From Hamiltosporidium tvaerminnensis FI-OER-3-3 (lineage: Eukaryota > Fungi > Microsporidia), in the NCBI GenBank assembly GCA_022605425.2, contig CM061247.1:496001-560000 (forward strand): 64,000 nucleotides of DNA. The letters are read 5' to 3'. The notes under the pieces were generated by a model. The model was not told the DNA's origin and made no database searches. It saw nothing but the letters and a program-made list of their open reading frames with translations. Shown one piece after another: positions 26,001 to 38,043 of this stretch. The position numbers and the translations under genes are program-made. The first letter of the stretch is position 1, and the number at the start of each line of letters is the position of its first letter.

Positions 26001-27411
26001 GATAAGGTACAAAGACAGACAATCATATTTACAGTGGAAAAATTATTTGTTTACAATCTAACGGCGCATTAAAGGAATAAAACCATGCATAAATTTGCAA
26101 ATTATGGTTCAATAATATATTTAATTGTACAACCCTCTCAATGTTTTTTTAAAATATTTTATAAGTATAATTTCTTAAATATAAACTATTTTTTAGGTGA
26201 AAAGGATGTTTTATTATGCCATATAAACAACTTTAAAAATTTTATATTCTTTTAGTCGAATAATTTGATTTGTTTTATTACCTAATGTTGATTTCGATCT
26301 ACTTTTTTAAAAGTTAGAAAAAAATATAAAAAAGTTTTCGTTTACCCAATGCTATACTTAATATAGAAATATAGTATTGTATGAAATAAAATCTTTAACA
26401 TAAATAAATTTGTTACATAATATCAAATGTTTAATTTTCGAAAACTAAGATAATTATTGTTTCAAATAAGCATCATGAAGTTATATAATTAGGTCCAATA
26501 TAACCCAATTACTTCATGAGGGTGTCTACATCGAATTATCTGACATCGATGAGATATGATACGTTATATTATTGGTCATGTATAAATATAAAAATACGTA
26601 ATTTTTAATAAAAATTCTTTTCAAAATAATGTTTTATTTACTTTGAAAGAAACTAGGTGCAGAGAACGCAAATCCGACCATTATATCTATTAGAATAAGA
26701 AAAAAAATTCATCTGTACAATAAAATTCTTATGGAAAACATTACGTAATAATTTCAAAAAATTTATTCAAAATCCAGATAGCGCCTATAAATTGAATTTT
26801 TCAAATGTAAACTATTTTTTTAATACATGCAAAATTTAAACTATGTGTTTGAAATATTCGAATGTCAAAAGTTAACCATAAATGTTATAATTTCTGATTT
26901 AATAATTAAGTTTTACACGAAATATTAATAAAAACACAAATTTATAGTTTTTTAATGTATAAAATGCGAATTAAAAATCTTAGGATTTAGTGTATAAAGT
27001 AAGCAAAAATTAATAAAATTACGAAAAAAAAGATTAGGATAAGCAGTATAATCTGAAAATAAAAATTAATTTCACTTTTACAGAATGAAAGACAATGGTA
27101 GATTTTTTATATTTGTAATTTATATTTAGATTTAAATCTATTTCTCGACCTTCGGATTAAATTAAATTATTGAATATAAATGAAGTATATTTATCTGAAA
27201 TAATATCCATGTGAATCTAAAAATAATGGTTTTGTAATACTGAAAGTATTTTATTTTTTTTCTGAATCGATAACATCTTAATGTAACCTAACTTTATTTT
27301 AAAATTATCTAACACATAAATTACAAATTTTTATATTGAAATATACAGATAATATTAAATCTTGCACTTATTGACCCAATTAAATTTAATTAACTATAGA
27401 TTTTAAAAAGA

Positions 27412-28139
27412 GGTGGAAGGTCTAAAACCGCATAAAAAACTATCTGCTTGGCAATGTCTATGCGAGATTAAAATATGAAATAATTGTTTGTGTTTTTGGT
27501 GGTATAAAACCCCACTAGATCTTTGGTTGTTCTATAGGAGTTTGTATGAAGAGGAGAAGGTCTACGAAATAGCGAAACTTTTTGTACAAAATTTTTCGTT
27601 GTTTTTTAAGTAACTAGATTGTAGACTACAGCTGAACATGTAGGTAATTTTCATATAAAAGCATGGAAATCTAGCCTTGCTCACTCGGGTTAGAAGACTT
27701 AGCGCAAAGGGGATATTAAAACAAAAGCATTTAAAACCAGGAAAGCTAAGTATCGGGTTTTATCTGCTGGTATGAAATTGTAGTTTCTATGTGGACTCAT
27801 GTCAGTCTCTGAAATATATCTTAGATATAAGTTTATTAGGTTCCGAAAGTGTAGAGTAAGTGGGAATGCTGCATAGTCTTCAAAGACCCAGGATTAGTTA
27901 AGAAATACAACCACACTTCATGTAACAGACATTAAAAAACTCCGGGAAACCACCTCGCTTGTTAATTAAGCTCTACATACCTGTTAGATGAAAGGTTTTG
28001 GAACTTCGGTATCGCAGAGGGTACTGATGGTGTATTGGGTAGCCGTGATTTATGTTAAACCTAGAACTGCATTAATGTCATGGCAACAAATATAAAATTT
28101 TCCAAAGTTTTGAAAAAGATGTAGTATTCTTAAATAAAG
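27412..28139 (+). repeat. Family A copy
   Basis: GGTGGAAGG head, CTAGCCTTGCTCACTCGGGTTAGAAGACTTAGCGC core, ends AAATAAAG 17 bp from the RhoGAP stop. Confidence 0.92.
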
Positions 28140-28156
28140 AATTTAGAAAATATATT

Positions 28157-29077
28157 TTATTTAAGTTCAAAATATTTTTTAGCTTCCAATAATAGGACCA
28201 ATGAAATATTTTCAAAATCCAAATATGTAAGTATTTCTAATATTTTTCCTTCCAATGCAAGTATTTCATAGCTATTCGTTACACTTTTTGGAAAAAAAGT
28301 TGGTGTAAAAATAATTAAAAGATTAGACATCGTCATTTTATTAATGCAGGAATGTGAATCTATGGTTTTCAAAAGATCAATAATTTTTATAATCAAAAGT
28401 CTATAGTCTTCTAAAAAAATAAATGGTAACACTTCTCTAACCTTTGAAATTTTTTCTTGATCGTTCTGATTGGTAATTTCAAATAAGGCTTTACAAACTT
28501 CAATAGGTATTAAACCATCGAGAATCTCTCTTATATAAGCCTTTAGTATCGAAGCATTTGTGTTAATATCATATGATTCTATATGATATGTTTTACCTTC
28601 TCCTAAATCTTTTGATATTTGATTATAAATATTACTCTTGCCAGGAATTCTAAAAATACCAATTTTGTCTGTACCATCTTTTTTTAAATAATCTATTAAT
28701 TCAAAAACAAATGGATTAATCTTTCTTTTCAACGATATAAAATTTTTGCGCTTTGTAAAGAAGCCTTTGACAATGAAAATAATTTTAGTAACAGATATGC
28801 ACCTTGAAATATTATTCAAATTAATGAAACAATATTCTGATAAATATATCCTTTCACTTCTTGTTAAATTACCATATTTTATAAAAAAAGAATATGATTT
28901 TTTAACATTAAAAGGAACCATATATTCTATTTTTTTCGGAATAATTTCCTCTGATTGGTTTGTTTGATTTTCATCATTGGTGTTTATATCGAATGGACTT
29001 CTTGAGCATTTTGTAAATTTCATTCCGGTTAAAGATTCAAATGCTTCATTTGCTTTTTTTATTATAAAAGAAATCAT
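28157..29077 (-). CDS. RhoGAP-domain protein
   Basis: GIFRIPG (arginine finger), ASILKAYIREI...LIP, NKMT.SNL.IIFTPTFF. Confidence 0.92.
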   Translation of the reverse strand: MISFIIKKANEAFESLTGMKFTKCSRSPFDINTNDENQTNQSEEIIPKKIEYMVPFNVKKSYSFFIKYGNLTRSERIYLSEYCFINLNNISRCISVTKIIFIVKGFFTKRKNFISLKRKINPFVFELIDYLKKDGTDKIGIFRIPGKSNIYNQISKDLGEGKTYHIESYDINTNASILKAYIREILDGLIPIEVCKALFEITNQNDQEKISKVREVLPFIFLEDYRLLIIKIIDLLKTIDSHSCINKMTMSNLLIIFTPTFFPKSVTNSYEILALEGKILEILTYLDFENISLVLLLEAKKYFELK

Positions 29078-29639
29078 AAAATATTTATTTACATTTATTT
29101 GGAAATTTTATTTACCGAACAATATATGTTTCAAGTTTGTTTTGTTTATTTTATAAATATAGACTAATATAATGTTCTATACTGGTTTTGGGCATATTAA
29201 AATAATGTAGGTTAAATATTCAACTTTAAAGTAATCAAAATATTTTAACATAACCAATATTCCGAATCCAAAATGATTTGAGTTAAAAATTCAGCAACAA
29301 ACACAATTATTAAAAAAAAATAAAGTTGATTTGAATTTAACTGAAAGTAAAAGTTCAAATATGTTCTCATTGTTTAAATTCATCTAAACTATGATTAGCA
29401 TCCAAAATCAGAGGATCTATCTTATTTAAATCATGTATAATTAAGATTTATATACTGAATTAAGATAATTGGAAAAATGAGATTTTGTAGATTTTATTAT
29501 ATTGATCTATTATTTTTATTGATATGCCTCAGTAATAGAAATTTAGACTTTATTAGAAAAACTTAATCAATTTAAATATCTTTTAAACAGTGAAATATCG
29601 TAAAATAGAAAGAAATAATTTCTTTATTTCGAAATAAGT

Positions 29640-29810
29640 CATGAAGATTAACTACATTAAAAATATCCTGCTGGTAATGAGTGTATGAAGTTGGTGTGGA
29701 AATCATTATTTAGATTTTCGTGGAATAAGAACCAGACTGGTCATATGCGCCAATTCCTTATAACCTTGAATTACAACAGACTAAAAGAATTGAGTGAAAA
29801 ATAAAAGACG
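29640..29810 (+). repeat. Family B copy (diverged, 3' end unclear)
   Basis: Head AACTACATTAAAAA..CTGCTGGTAATGAGTGTATGAA, followed by the B-type body GCCAATTCC..TTACAACAGACTAAAAGAA. Confidence 0.7.
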
Positions 29811-30171
29811 TCTCAAAAATCCATCATATGGTGTTTGAATCTGGCTATAGCTTTATAAAAAAATTAAACGTTTGAACAAGAAAATAGAAGAACTTTGGTA
29901 TGTTGAAATTATTTCACCCTTTAAGATTAGCTTTTCGTAAATAAACCAGGCCATGTAATAATCAGAACATTTACGCAAGACAAAAACTTTTTTTTTCATC
30001 TGTTAGTTCTCAATATCGAGAGATAAAATATAACTGGAATGAATAATTAAATATATTATTAAAACCGTGAATTCTCTCCAAAAAAAAATCTAAAATTTAT
30101 TGTAATCCTTTATATTCAATTTATGGTTATTTTCTAAAAATATTTTACGATAAATTATTAAACCATTATAA

Positions 30172-30494
30172 ATGTACATTACTTTAAAAGAAGACGGTTT
30201 TTTTTTAGACATTAAAGTAATAACAAATATGCAAAGTACAAAAATAAGAACATTAGAATCAGATAGCATTGTTATTGAAGTAAGATTTTTTCTAATTAGT
30301 TAAACGCCTTACCAGAAAAAAACCAAGCAAATATTTGTTTAGTAAAATATCTTTGTTCGATTTTAAAAGTAAAAAAAGATAATATAAGGGTTGTTTCCGG
30401 CCATAAATCTAAACAAAAAACCATTCATATTGAAAAAACTGCACTTCTGTTTGACTTAAATGATATAATTAGAATATTGAAAGAAAATGTTTGA
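30172..30494 (+). CDS. DUF167/UPF0235 (YggU/C15orf40-like) protein, 100 aa; exons 30172-30279 and 30300-30494
   Basis: Not in the ORF track. Removing the 20-nt intron GTAAGATTTTTTCTAATTAG gives MYITLKEDGFFLDIKVITNMQSTKIRTLESDSIVIE-LNALPEKNQANICLVKYLCSILKVKKDNIRVVSGHKSKQKTIHIE..., matching the family pattern A.P..G.AN..L..YL...L.V.K..I..VSG.KS..K. Confidence 0.85.
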
Positions 30495-30575
30495 GATAAA
30501 TAATATAGTTAGAATATTTGAAGGAAATGTTTGATTTAAATGATAGAATTAGAATATTTGAAAAAAAAATTGTTT
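30448..30575 (+). repeat. 40-bp imperfect tandem repeat x3
   Basis: Units TGTTTGA..TAAAT.ATA.A.TTAGAATATT.GAA start at 30448, 30488 and 30528. Confidence 0.85.
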
Positions 30576-30778
30576 AAAGAAAGGGTTAGATATTTAAATA
30601 ACACCTTTTCAAAATTCAGAATCTATTTTCTATTGATTAAAATTGAATTAGTTCTTTCTAAAATAAAAAATATATATTTTTTAACCCTTTTTTAACTTTT
30701 TGTTCTTTAATTAGAAAGATATTATTTCATCAACTGCGATTAATTGTTTAAATATACTTAATCGTTTCAAAAATAATT

Positions 30779-31502
30779 GGTGGAGGGACGATAACCACAT
30801 AAAAACTTTCTGCTTGGCAATGAGTATGTGAAACTGGTTTGAGGATCATTGTTTGGATATTGGTGGGAATAAAACCCCACCTCATCTTCGGTTGTTTTTG
30901 GGAGTTTGTATGAGGAAGAGAAGGTCTACGAAATGGCGAAATTTTTCTACAAATTTATTTGTAGTTTTTTATGTAACTAAATTGCAGACCGCAGCAGAAA
31001 ATGTAGGCAATTGACATGTAAAAGCGTGGAAACCTAGCATTGCTCACTCGGGTTAGAAGACTTAGCGCCTGGGTGATATAAAACAAAAATTCCATTAAAA
31101 GCCGGGGGAGCTAAAAGGCAGGTTATAGCTGTTGGTATGCAATGCACTGTCTAGGTGGAGCCCATGTATGTCTCTGAAATATATCTTAGCTAGAAGTTCA
31201 TTGGGTTAAGAAAGTGTAGAGTAAGTGGGAATGCTGCATAGTCTTGGAGGAGCCCAGGGCGAGCTTCGGCCTTCGATCACACTCCATGTGGCGGACATTA
31301 ACGAAATCCGGGCAACTGACTCGCCTATTATCGAGGTTCTACACACCTGATAGATGAAAGGCTTTGGAAGTAGGTATCGCAGAGGATACTTATGGAGTGT
31401 TGGGTAGCAGTTATTTATGTTAAACCTAGAACTGCATTAATGTCATGAAAACAAATACAACACTTGCCACTATTTTAAAAAGATGTCAGACTTTAAAATA
31501 AA
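30779..31502 (+). repeat. Family A copy (well preserved)
   Basis: Near-continuous identity to the reverse complement of 8120-8858. Possible decayed TSD TCAAAAATAATT / TCGAAAATAATA. Confidence 0.95.
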
Positions 31503-31849
31503 CTCGAAAATAATAATAAATTCTTCAAAACTTTGACTCATATAATACTGAAATTTAATTCATATAAATGCTTACAACGAAATGAAAAAATAGATAAAAT
31601 ATATTAAAGGAAAGGGTTACGGTATTTAAAAAAAATTCGACACCTTGTTTCAATAAAAAAATTTATATGTAGAACTTAGTGGTTTAAAGATTTTACTGGG
31701 TTAGAATGAGTAATTTTGAGCATATAGTTAAGTTCATTTCATACAATATTGTCTATATTAAATATAAATATTGAATTTACAAAAGTATAGCCAAAAAAAA
31801 TCCGTTACTTCTATTTAATATTTAATATGTCTTCCATGAACACCTAAGA

Positions 31850-32790
31850 CAAAATAACACTCGTTGTTTCGTAGACATAACAAGTTTTGCAAAAAAGCAT
31901 TAGAAATTTCATTCCAAATTTCGATTAATTTTTGCTTTAACTCATTCATATGTTTAAAAGTATAATTATCCATAATTTTTTTCATATAAGCCAAAAGATC
32001 TTCTAGGGGGTTTAAATATGGTAATTGGGATGACCGAGGAAGTATTTTCGATTCCTTTTCATTTGAAATATATATAAGTCACTCTTAATCCATGTTCAGG
32101 ATCATTATCTTGTTTAAAAAAATAATCGTCTAAATTCATATTTCTAGCAAATGCTTATAAATTTTTTTTAAAAATGCTAACATAGTAAAATTAGGCCATA
32201 ATAGTATCATTAAAGTCTAAATTAATAAACCCTGATATGACATACTTCCCCTGTTATAATATTTCCACCATTAAGTTTAAATTTTGGTGTCATATATTTA
32301 GAATCCAAGCTTACTCTCATTACATGAACCTTACCATCTGAATCAAACAAAGCGAAATCGCATTCCCCACAAATATCATACATATAAATTGTCATCTGAA
32401 ATTGATAAAAATAATTATTAAAAATCGAGAAACAAATTTTTTAATTAAAACAAAAGTTTTTGAACAAGGGACCTAGGATAGATACCAACTGTATTTAGGT
32501 GATTTATTATACTCTAGAAAGTAACATTGTAATTACATAAAGCGTCCAAATTTTCAGTGATTTCTGGTGGATTAATTTTATGATTCTCTCTTCTTAAATC
32601 GGAAATTATACTGGTCATGGTAATATCTATAATAGGAGGTCATCCAGGCCCATGCTTATCCTTTATATATTTCTGTCTATATACTTTGTAAATTATAATA
32701 GATTTAGATCCAGGTACTTTAAACAATTCAGAAATTTTTCTTAATGAATAACATTTAAGCTTAACCCATCCAAGTATCTTTCTTCACACT
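31850..32790 (-). mobile_element. Decayed Tc1/mariner-superfamily (Tc1-like) transposase
   Basis: Minus-strand fragments FKQDNDPEH (FQQDNDPKH-like), SQLPYLNPLEDL (WPSQSPDLNPIENL-like) and a WG/SDE-like region, with many stops. TIRs not identified. Confidence 0.75.
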
Positions 32791-33514
32791 CGATTAAACA
32801 TAACATATTGCAGGGTGATTTTAGACCCAAACAAATAATTAACTAATCTATGAAGCAAAATATTTAATAATTTTTAGGTGTTCGGATTTATTTCCAATTT
32901 CCAAAAATATATATGCGCAAATGAATAACTAGATATTATAAATAAATTCACTAAAGAACATTATAGGTATACAACATTATAACTCATTGTTTATTGCAAA
33001 CACATTTAAAATTCCTATTAAAAATATATTAAAATTTAGAATTTTTTGAGTGTCTGGATTTATTTTTGATATACTCTATAAAAAGATATATGAACCTTCT
33101 CTTCAAAACATAATGATAAATTATTTTTTAAAAATAATAATCAAATCATCAACAAATTTATAAAAAAAGGTACATTAAACAAATAAATCTTAGTGTTTTT
33201 GAAATCCGATCGCCTATATCTTTGAATTTCAATAAAAGTTTATATTTAAATCAAATTTAGTTAAGTAATACAAATATGCCAAAAAAATTAAAATGCCTCT
33301 ATGTTTTTTGCTCCTTAATATATTTTTGTATTTATATTTCCTCACCATTACTTCTTTTTTTACTACACCATTTCATCCTTTCTAGGAATTTATAATTATG
33401 TTATTCCTTTCTGTATTTCTGGACCTTCAAACATTTTTATAAACCTATTTCATTTGTTGTAAAAATAATTTTAAAATTTAGTTATTCCCTTTTATATTAC
33501 TACTCCTAATTTAC

Positions 33515-33523
33515 ACCCCCATG
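33515..33523 (+). promoter_or_regulatory. Microsporidian CCC-like motif immediately upstream of start codons (example)
   Basis: CCC/CCCC lies within about 20 nt of the ATG at 2039, 7037, 13144, 22116, 33521, 35066, 47249(-), 52359(-), 53011, 54644, 56983 and 59186, despite very low GC. Confidence 0.85.
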
Positions 33524-34249
33524 GGAAATATTCTTTCAAGAAAAACATCAATTAGAAAAATATTATTTACAATGGAAGAAAAGATAAAAAACACAGAAAC
33601 TTATTTGAAAGGTTTGAAGCAGAAAAAAGAAACATCAAGAAAAAATTTCTATTACTCAACAATTTACATTGGTATTCCTTTCATTGCATATATTTATATT
33701 TCAAATAAGAATTTATTTTTGAATTTATTTATATTTCTGCTTTCATTTTTCGTTTTAAGATTTATTTTATTTCAGTTTTTTGATAGAAAAATAAATTATA
33801 ACCAAAAATTATTGGGAACTTTAAAAGAAACACAGAAGAAACGAATTGAGGAATTGAAAAAAGAATCTTTGTATCTTGAAACCAAGGAACTTGTAGAGAA
33901 ATATGATGTAAAGGAAAAAGAAAAAAGAAATATTTCACAACAAAATTTACAAAATATTACACCGGTAAAAAATATTTGTAAGACTAAAAGAGGTATTGTA
34001 GATAAATTTGCGGATTTTATTATTGGAGAAGATCCTAGTTCAATGTATGCTCTTATATGTGAAAAATGCTTTTCACACAACGGTTTATCTCATCCTTTGG
34101 AATATAATTTAATGAAATTCCGTTGTTTTAATTGTGAACATTTAAATGATAAAACAGTTGTTCTAAAAAATGAACCTAGAAAGGAAGAAGAAAATAAAGG
34201 AAAAAATAAGGAAAAAGACAAAGAAAAAGACAAAGAAAATAAAGAGTAA
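33521..34249 (+). CDS. LNP1: Lunapark ER-junction protein
   Basis: MG myristoylation-type start, two TM segments, coiled coil, YALICEKCFSHNGL...FRCFNCEHLN zinc finger. Confidence 0.93.
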   Translation: MGNILSRKTSIRKILFTMEEKIKNTETYLKGLKQKKETSRKNFYYSTIYIGIPFIAYIYISNKNLFLNLFIFLLSFFVLRFILFQFFDRKINYNQKLLGTLKETQKKRIEELKKESLYLETKELVEKYDVKEKEKRNISQQNLQNITPVKNICKTKRGIVDKFADFIIGEDPSSMYALICEKCFSHNGLSHPLEYNLMKFRCFNCEHLNDKTVVLKNEPRKEEENKGKNKEKDKEKDKENKE

Positions 34250-35065
34250 TCCTATGCGATTTAAACTGAATATAAATTAAAAAAAGAGAAGAGTAATATC
34301 AGTCAAATAGTTTATTTTGAAACAAATTGAAGAAAGCCCCTATTTAAAATAAGAACCAATTACTATTTCTTAAAATCGAGTTAAATCGTAAAATTTTCTC
34401 ATTAAAAAATGGATTTCCTCTCTCTTACTTTCTCATTTCTAAATTTTCATTTCTAAATAAATATTATGAAAATATTTTTTTCAAGTTTTTTTATTTTTTT
34501 GCAGAATCATAAATCATATTATTAAGGTAAGACTTATATTCTTTAATCTTTAATTTATACAAAAGATTTTATTCTAAATATATTTTTTCCAAGCTTAAAT
34601 TTGAAATATAATTTCTATTCTTAATTTATCTTTTTAATTATCTAAAAGTAATTTTTTTAAATAATTACAGACACAGAATTTATTTTACAATTTAAAAAAT
34701 TTTAACCTCAAAAAATATATTTTTTCAAATTTTACAGTTTTTAAATGATAAAAGAATTTGTTTTTTCCAATATTTTCTTGTCATTTTATTTCTGAAGTAT
34801 TTTTTTTAATAGCCATAAAATTGAAGATCAACTATTTTTTTTACTTTTTTTCGTATATATTAAAACCAAAGGCATTATAAAGTCATATTATTAAGAAATA
34901 AAGTGTTTTTTTCATATTTCGTTTTAATAAGGCCAACTAATTATAAAGCCATATAATACAGAATAAAATATATTTTGTGATTTTAAATATTTTTTGAAAA
35001 GGAATATTAAATTTGTTGATAATTTGAGGGGAAAATATTATTTATTCAGAATAAAACATTTACCC

Positions 35066-35546
35066 ATGAGTAAACATCCAGTCATTTTACGTGTTTATGA
35101 TCTTTCTAAGGGACAAGCAAAAATATTATCTCTTCCTATCTTAGGTATTCAAATTGAGGGAATATGGCATACATCAGTAGAAGTATATCAAAGAGAATAT
35201 TACTTTCAGGACGGTATACTCCATGTTGAACCAGTAAGTGTTATTTTCTAATTAGGGTAAAAGTCACCATGGAGAAGCTCTTAAAACATATGATATGGGA
35301 ATTACCTCCTTACCGAATGATGTTTTTCATGAATATTTAGAAATTTTATCCGAAAAGTACAATTCTTCTACTTACGATCTTTTTAAAAATAATTGTAATC
35401 ATTTTTCTAACGATGCTACAATGTTTTTGTTGTCTAAATCTATTCCTACTGAAATATTAGATTTGCCAGAAATTGTAATGAAGTCACCAATGTATGAAAC
35501 TCTTATCAACATGCTTAGATCCGATTTTCAAAGTGGTAGTAAATAA
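35066..35546 (+). CDS. PPPDE/DeSI desumoylating isopeptidase; exons 35066-35233 and 35256-35546
   Basis: VYDLSKG.A...GIWHTSVEVY..EYYF (catalytic His) joins YDLFKNNCNHFS (catalytic Cys) once the 22-nt intron GTAAGTGTTATTTTCTAATTAG is removed. CCC directly before ATG 35066. Confidence 0.93.
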
Positions 35547-35715
35547 AGGTTTCTTAGTTCTTTTACATTTTTCTTCTTAATTCCCTTGTTTACAAAGTAA
35601 ATTATACGAATGAATGATTTAAGAAAAATTAAATCATGGTTTTTTATGAAAAATTATAATATAAAACATTGGTTTTATTTTCTGAGTTAAATTTTGCGTT
35701 TATTGTGTTTTTATG

Positions 35716-35934
35716 TGAAGGGAGGATAGCCACATTAAAAACTTTCTGCTTGGTAATGAATGTGTACAATTCATATTAAAATCATTGCTGCCATTGTGGT
35801 GGAATGTTAAACACGCTTCATCTATAGGCTAATCCTCAATAATCCCGAGTTACAACTAATAAAAAAAAACGGAAAGTATTCATTTGTTCATTCTCGACAC
35901 TAAAAGGTAAAAGAAGAACGAATATGTACGTAAG
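35716..35934 (+). repeat. Family B copy abutting the broken 3' end of the RTE relic
   Basis: GGGAGGATAGCCACATTAAAAACTTTCTGCTTGGTAATGA head, followed by the CTATAGGC...CCCGAGTTACAAC body. Confidence 0.8.
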
Positions 35935-38043
35935 CTTTATTTAAAGTCATTCCAAAAAGACTTATGATTTTCTCGTGAATATGCAATTCTGGTAATGTTT
36001 CATAAAAAGCTTTCTGATTTACGTTATCATATGCTTTTTTATAGTCAATAGAAAGCTGATGAATAGGCTGGTTGTAATCGTAGAATTTTTCAAGAAACAT
36101 TTTGCCGTAAATATCTTGTCGATTGTTGATCTTCCTTTTCTAAAGCCAGATTGTCCTTCCCAGGATTACTTTCTAGGTATAGTTCAAAACGTTTTGCTAT
36201 AACTTTGAGCGGTACTTTATAAGTGAAATATAGAAGTGATATTCTCCTTTAATTTAGGCAGAGTAATTAAGATATATTGTGAATTGGCACAATAAGAGCC
36301 ATATATCAATCTTCAGGCATGTATTCGTATTTCTAAACTTTAAGATTTTAAAAAAAATTCTTGTAAAAGCGACTTTCCTTGATACTTTAATATCTCGAGA
36401 TTTTTGCTGTTATCATCATGAGTTTTCTAGTTTAAACGAATCAATAGCCTCTTAATTTACAAAACGTTAGGGCTCTGTTATGCTCACGTTAATTATAGGT
36501 TTTTTGGATCTTTAAAGAGCTTCACTGGTTTTCTTTATTCTGAATTCTCTCGTTTAATTTCTTTTCAGTACAGTTTACACAAAGATCCAATATTTTTTTC
36601 GATACTGTCAATACCTCCTTTTTGGAGACCTGTATTGGAACGTTCCTTGTCCAAAAGCTTTTTCTTGTATCTTTAATATCTGCATACATTTCTCTTGTTT
36701 GTTTTTTTAATAATTTTGCTTTTATTTGCTAAATCTTTTTTTGATGGAATCTTATTTTTCTTTTTCGCATACAAGTGATGCCTATATCCGCGTTATTATA
36801 ATGGTAAAGCTGATCGGCTGCTTGGTCTCTATAACAGTTTATTTATTGACTGATAGCCTGCGTAAATTGCTATTTTGCATTATTCATCAAACCAACTTTA
36901 TCTGCGATGGTACTCTTTGAAGCTAATTAATTCCACCGCCTCTGTTTGCATAATATTATTGAGCCTTTCTCATATATTTTTGTTGCTTTCATTTTTGCTA
37001 CTTCAACCTTAGTCTTTAAAAGAATATATAAATTTTAAAAATCTTTTACTAAATAGTGCCTTCAACGCGATATTTTAGATTTTCTGTCAAATTTTTAGCT
37101 TGAAAGTTTTGAACCCTGCCAATTCTCGATATTCTGTGGCCGATTTTTAGGATTAAAAAGTATTAATCTGCGTCTGCGTCTCTATATATTCTTACAATTT
37201 GTGAACGATCCGTGTTCTGTATCTACAATTGCGTAATCTATTTGATTATGTTTGATTATCCAACTATTTTCACGTTACATTATGTATTTCATTCTGAGAA
37301 AACATATACTAGAGATAATCATAGGCTTGCTAGTTTCAAAGTCAATTAGTCGAACTCATTCTCATTTGTGTCCTAATACAAGCGTTCTTTTCAATATGCG
37401 GATATAGGCTTTTTTTCACGACTTTTGCGTTCATGTCCCCGAGGACTATTTTTATGTTATTATTTGGAGCTTTATCGTATGAAAATTTTAAGCAAACCGT
37501 AAAAGCTGTCTCTCTTCGTATCATTATCTTCATCGGTGGCATCATATGTATATAATATTGTTAGGTTCAAACATTTTCCTTTCGACTGTAGTCGACAGAT
37601 TCTTTTATTTATTCTTTCGAATATTTTACACTATGCACCAATTTTTTATTTATAGCAGGCTGTAGGGAGAGTATGGAAGATCTCCTTTCTGCTATAAAAT
37701 ATTTTATTGTCTTAGCGTTGAGCATATCATGTCAGGTCTAACGAATCACTGGCTGTCCTGCAATGCAATATTTTATATTTCTTAAGTTCTGATCTCAAAG
37801 TTTTTCACGCCCCTGGCTTATGAAGTTTCAGCACCTTCCAAGTCGCCATTCTTAGTTCATTTTTAAAAATTTTCCTTCTTTGTTTTTAGTTTTTTTTGTG
37901 ATTTTTTTTTGCTGTTTAGTCTTGTATCGTAAAGTTTTATGCATGTTTCATACTATTTTGGTGTTTTCCAATGTAGGGTGTTAGCTTTACTTTAACCCTA
38001 CTTCTTTCTTATTCAAGATTGAAAGGGCTATGGCGGAGTTATT
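35935..38043 (-). mobile_element. Decayed RTE-clade non-LTR retrotransposon (5'UTR, APE endonuclease, N-terminal RT)
   Basis: Minus-strand fragments ELRMATWKV..L.KPGA (APE start), IKIVLGDMNAKV, NQIDY, QSGFRKGRSTID, EKFYDYNQPIHQLSIDYKKAYDNV (RT). Many frameshifts. Confidence 0.88.
37994..38043 (-). ncRNA. Degenerate twister-like ribozyme at the RTE 5' end
   Basis: UAACUCCGCCAUAGCCCUUUCAAUCUUGAAUAAGAAAGAAGUAGGGUU resembles the twister pattern UAACNCNGCC...GUCCCAAGCCCGGAUAAA.G.GGAGGG with GC-to-AT decay. Probably inactive. Confidence 0.55.

Noticed and set aside
30815-30836. GCAATGAG-TATG-TGAAAC in the repeat head as a minimal hammerhead core
   Set aside because: Lacks the invariant CUGA, and no stem I/III or cleavage triplet geometry is evident.
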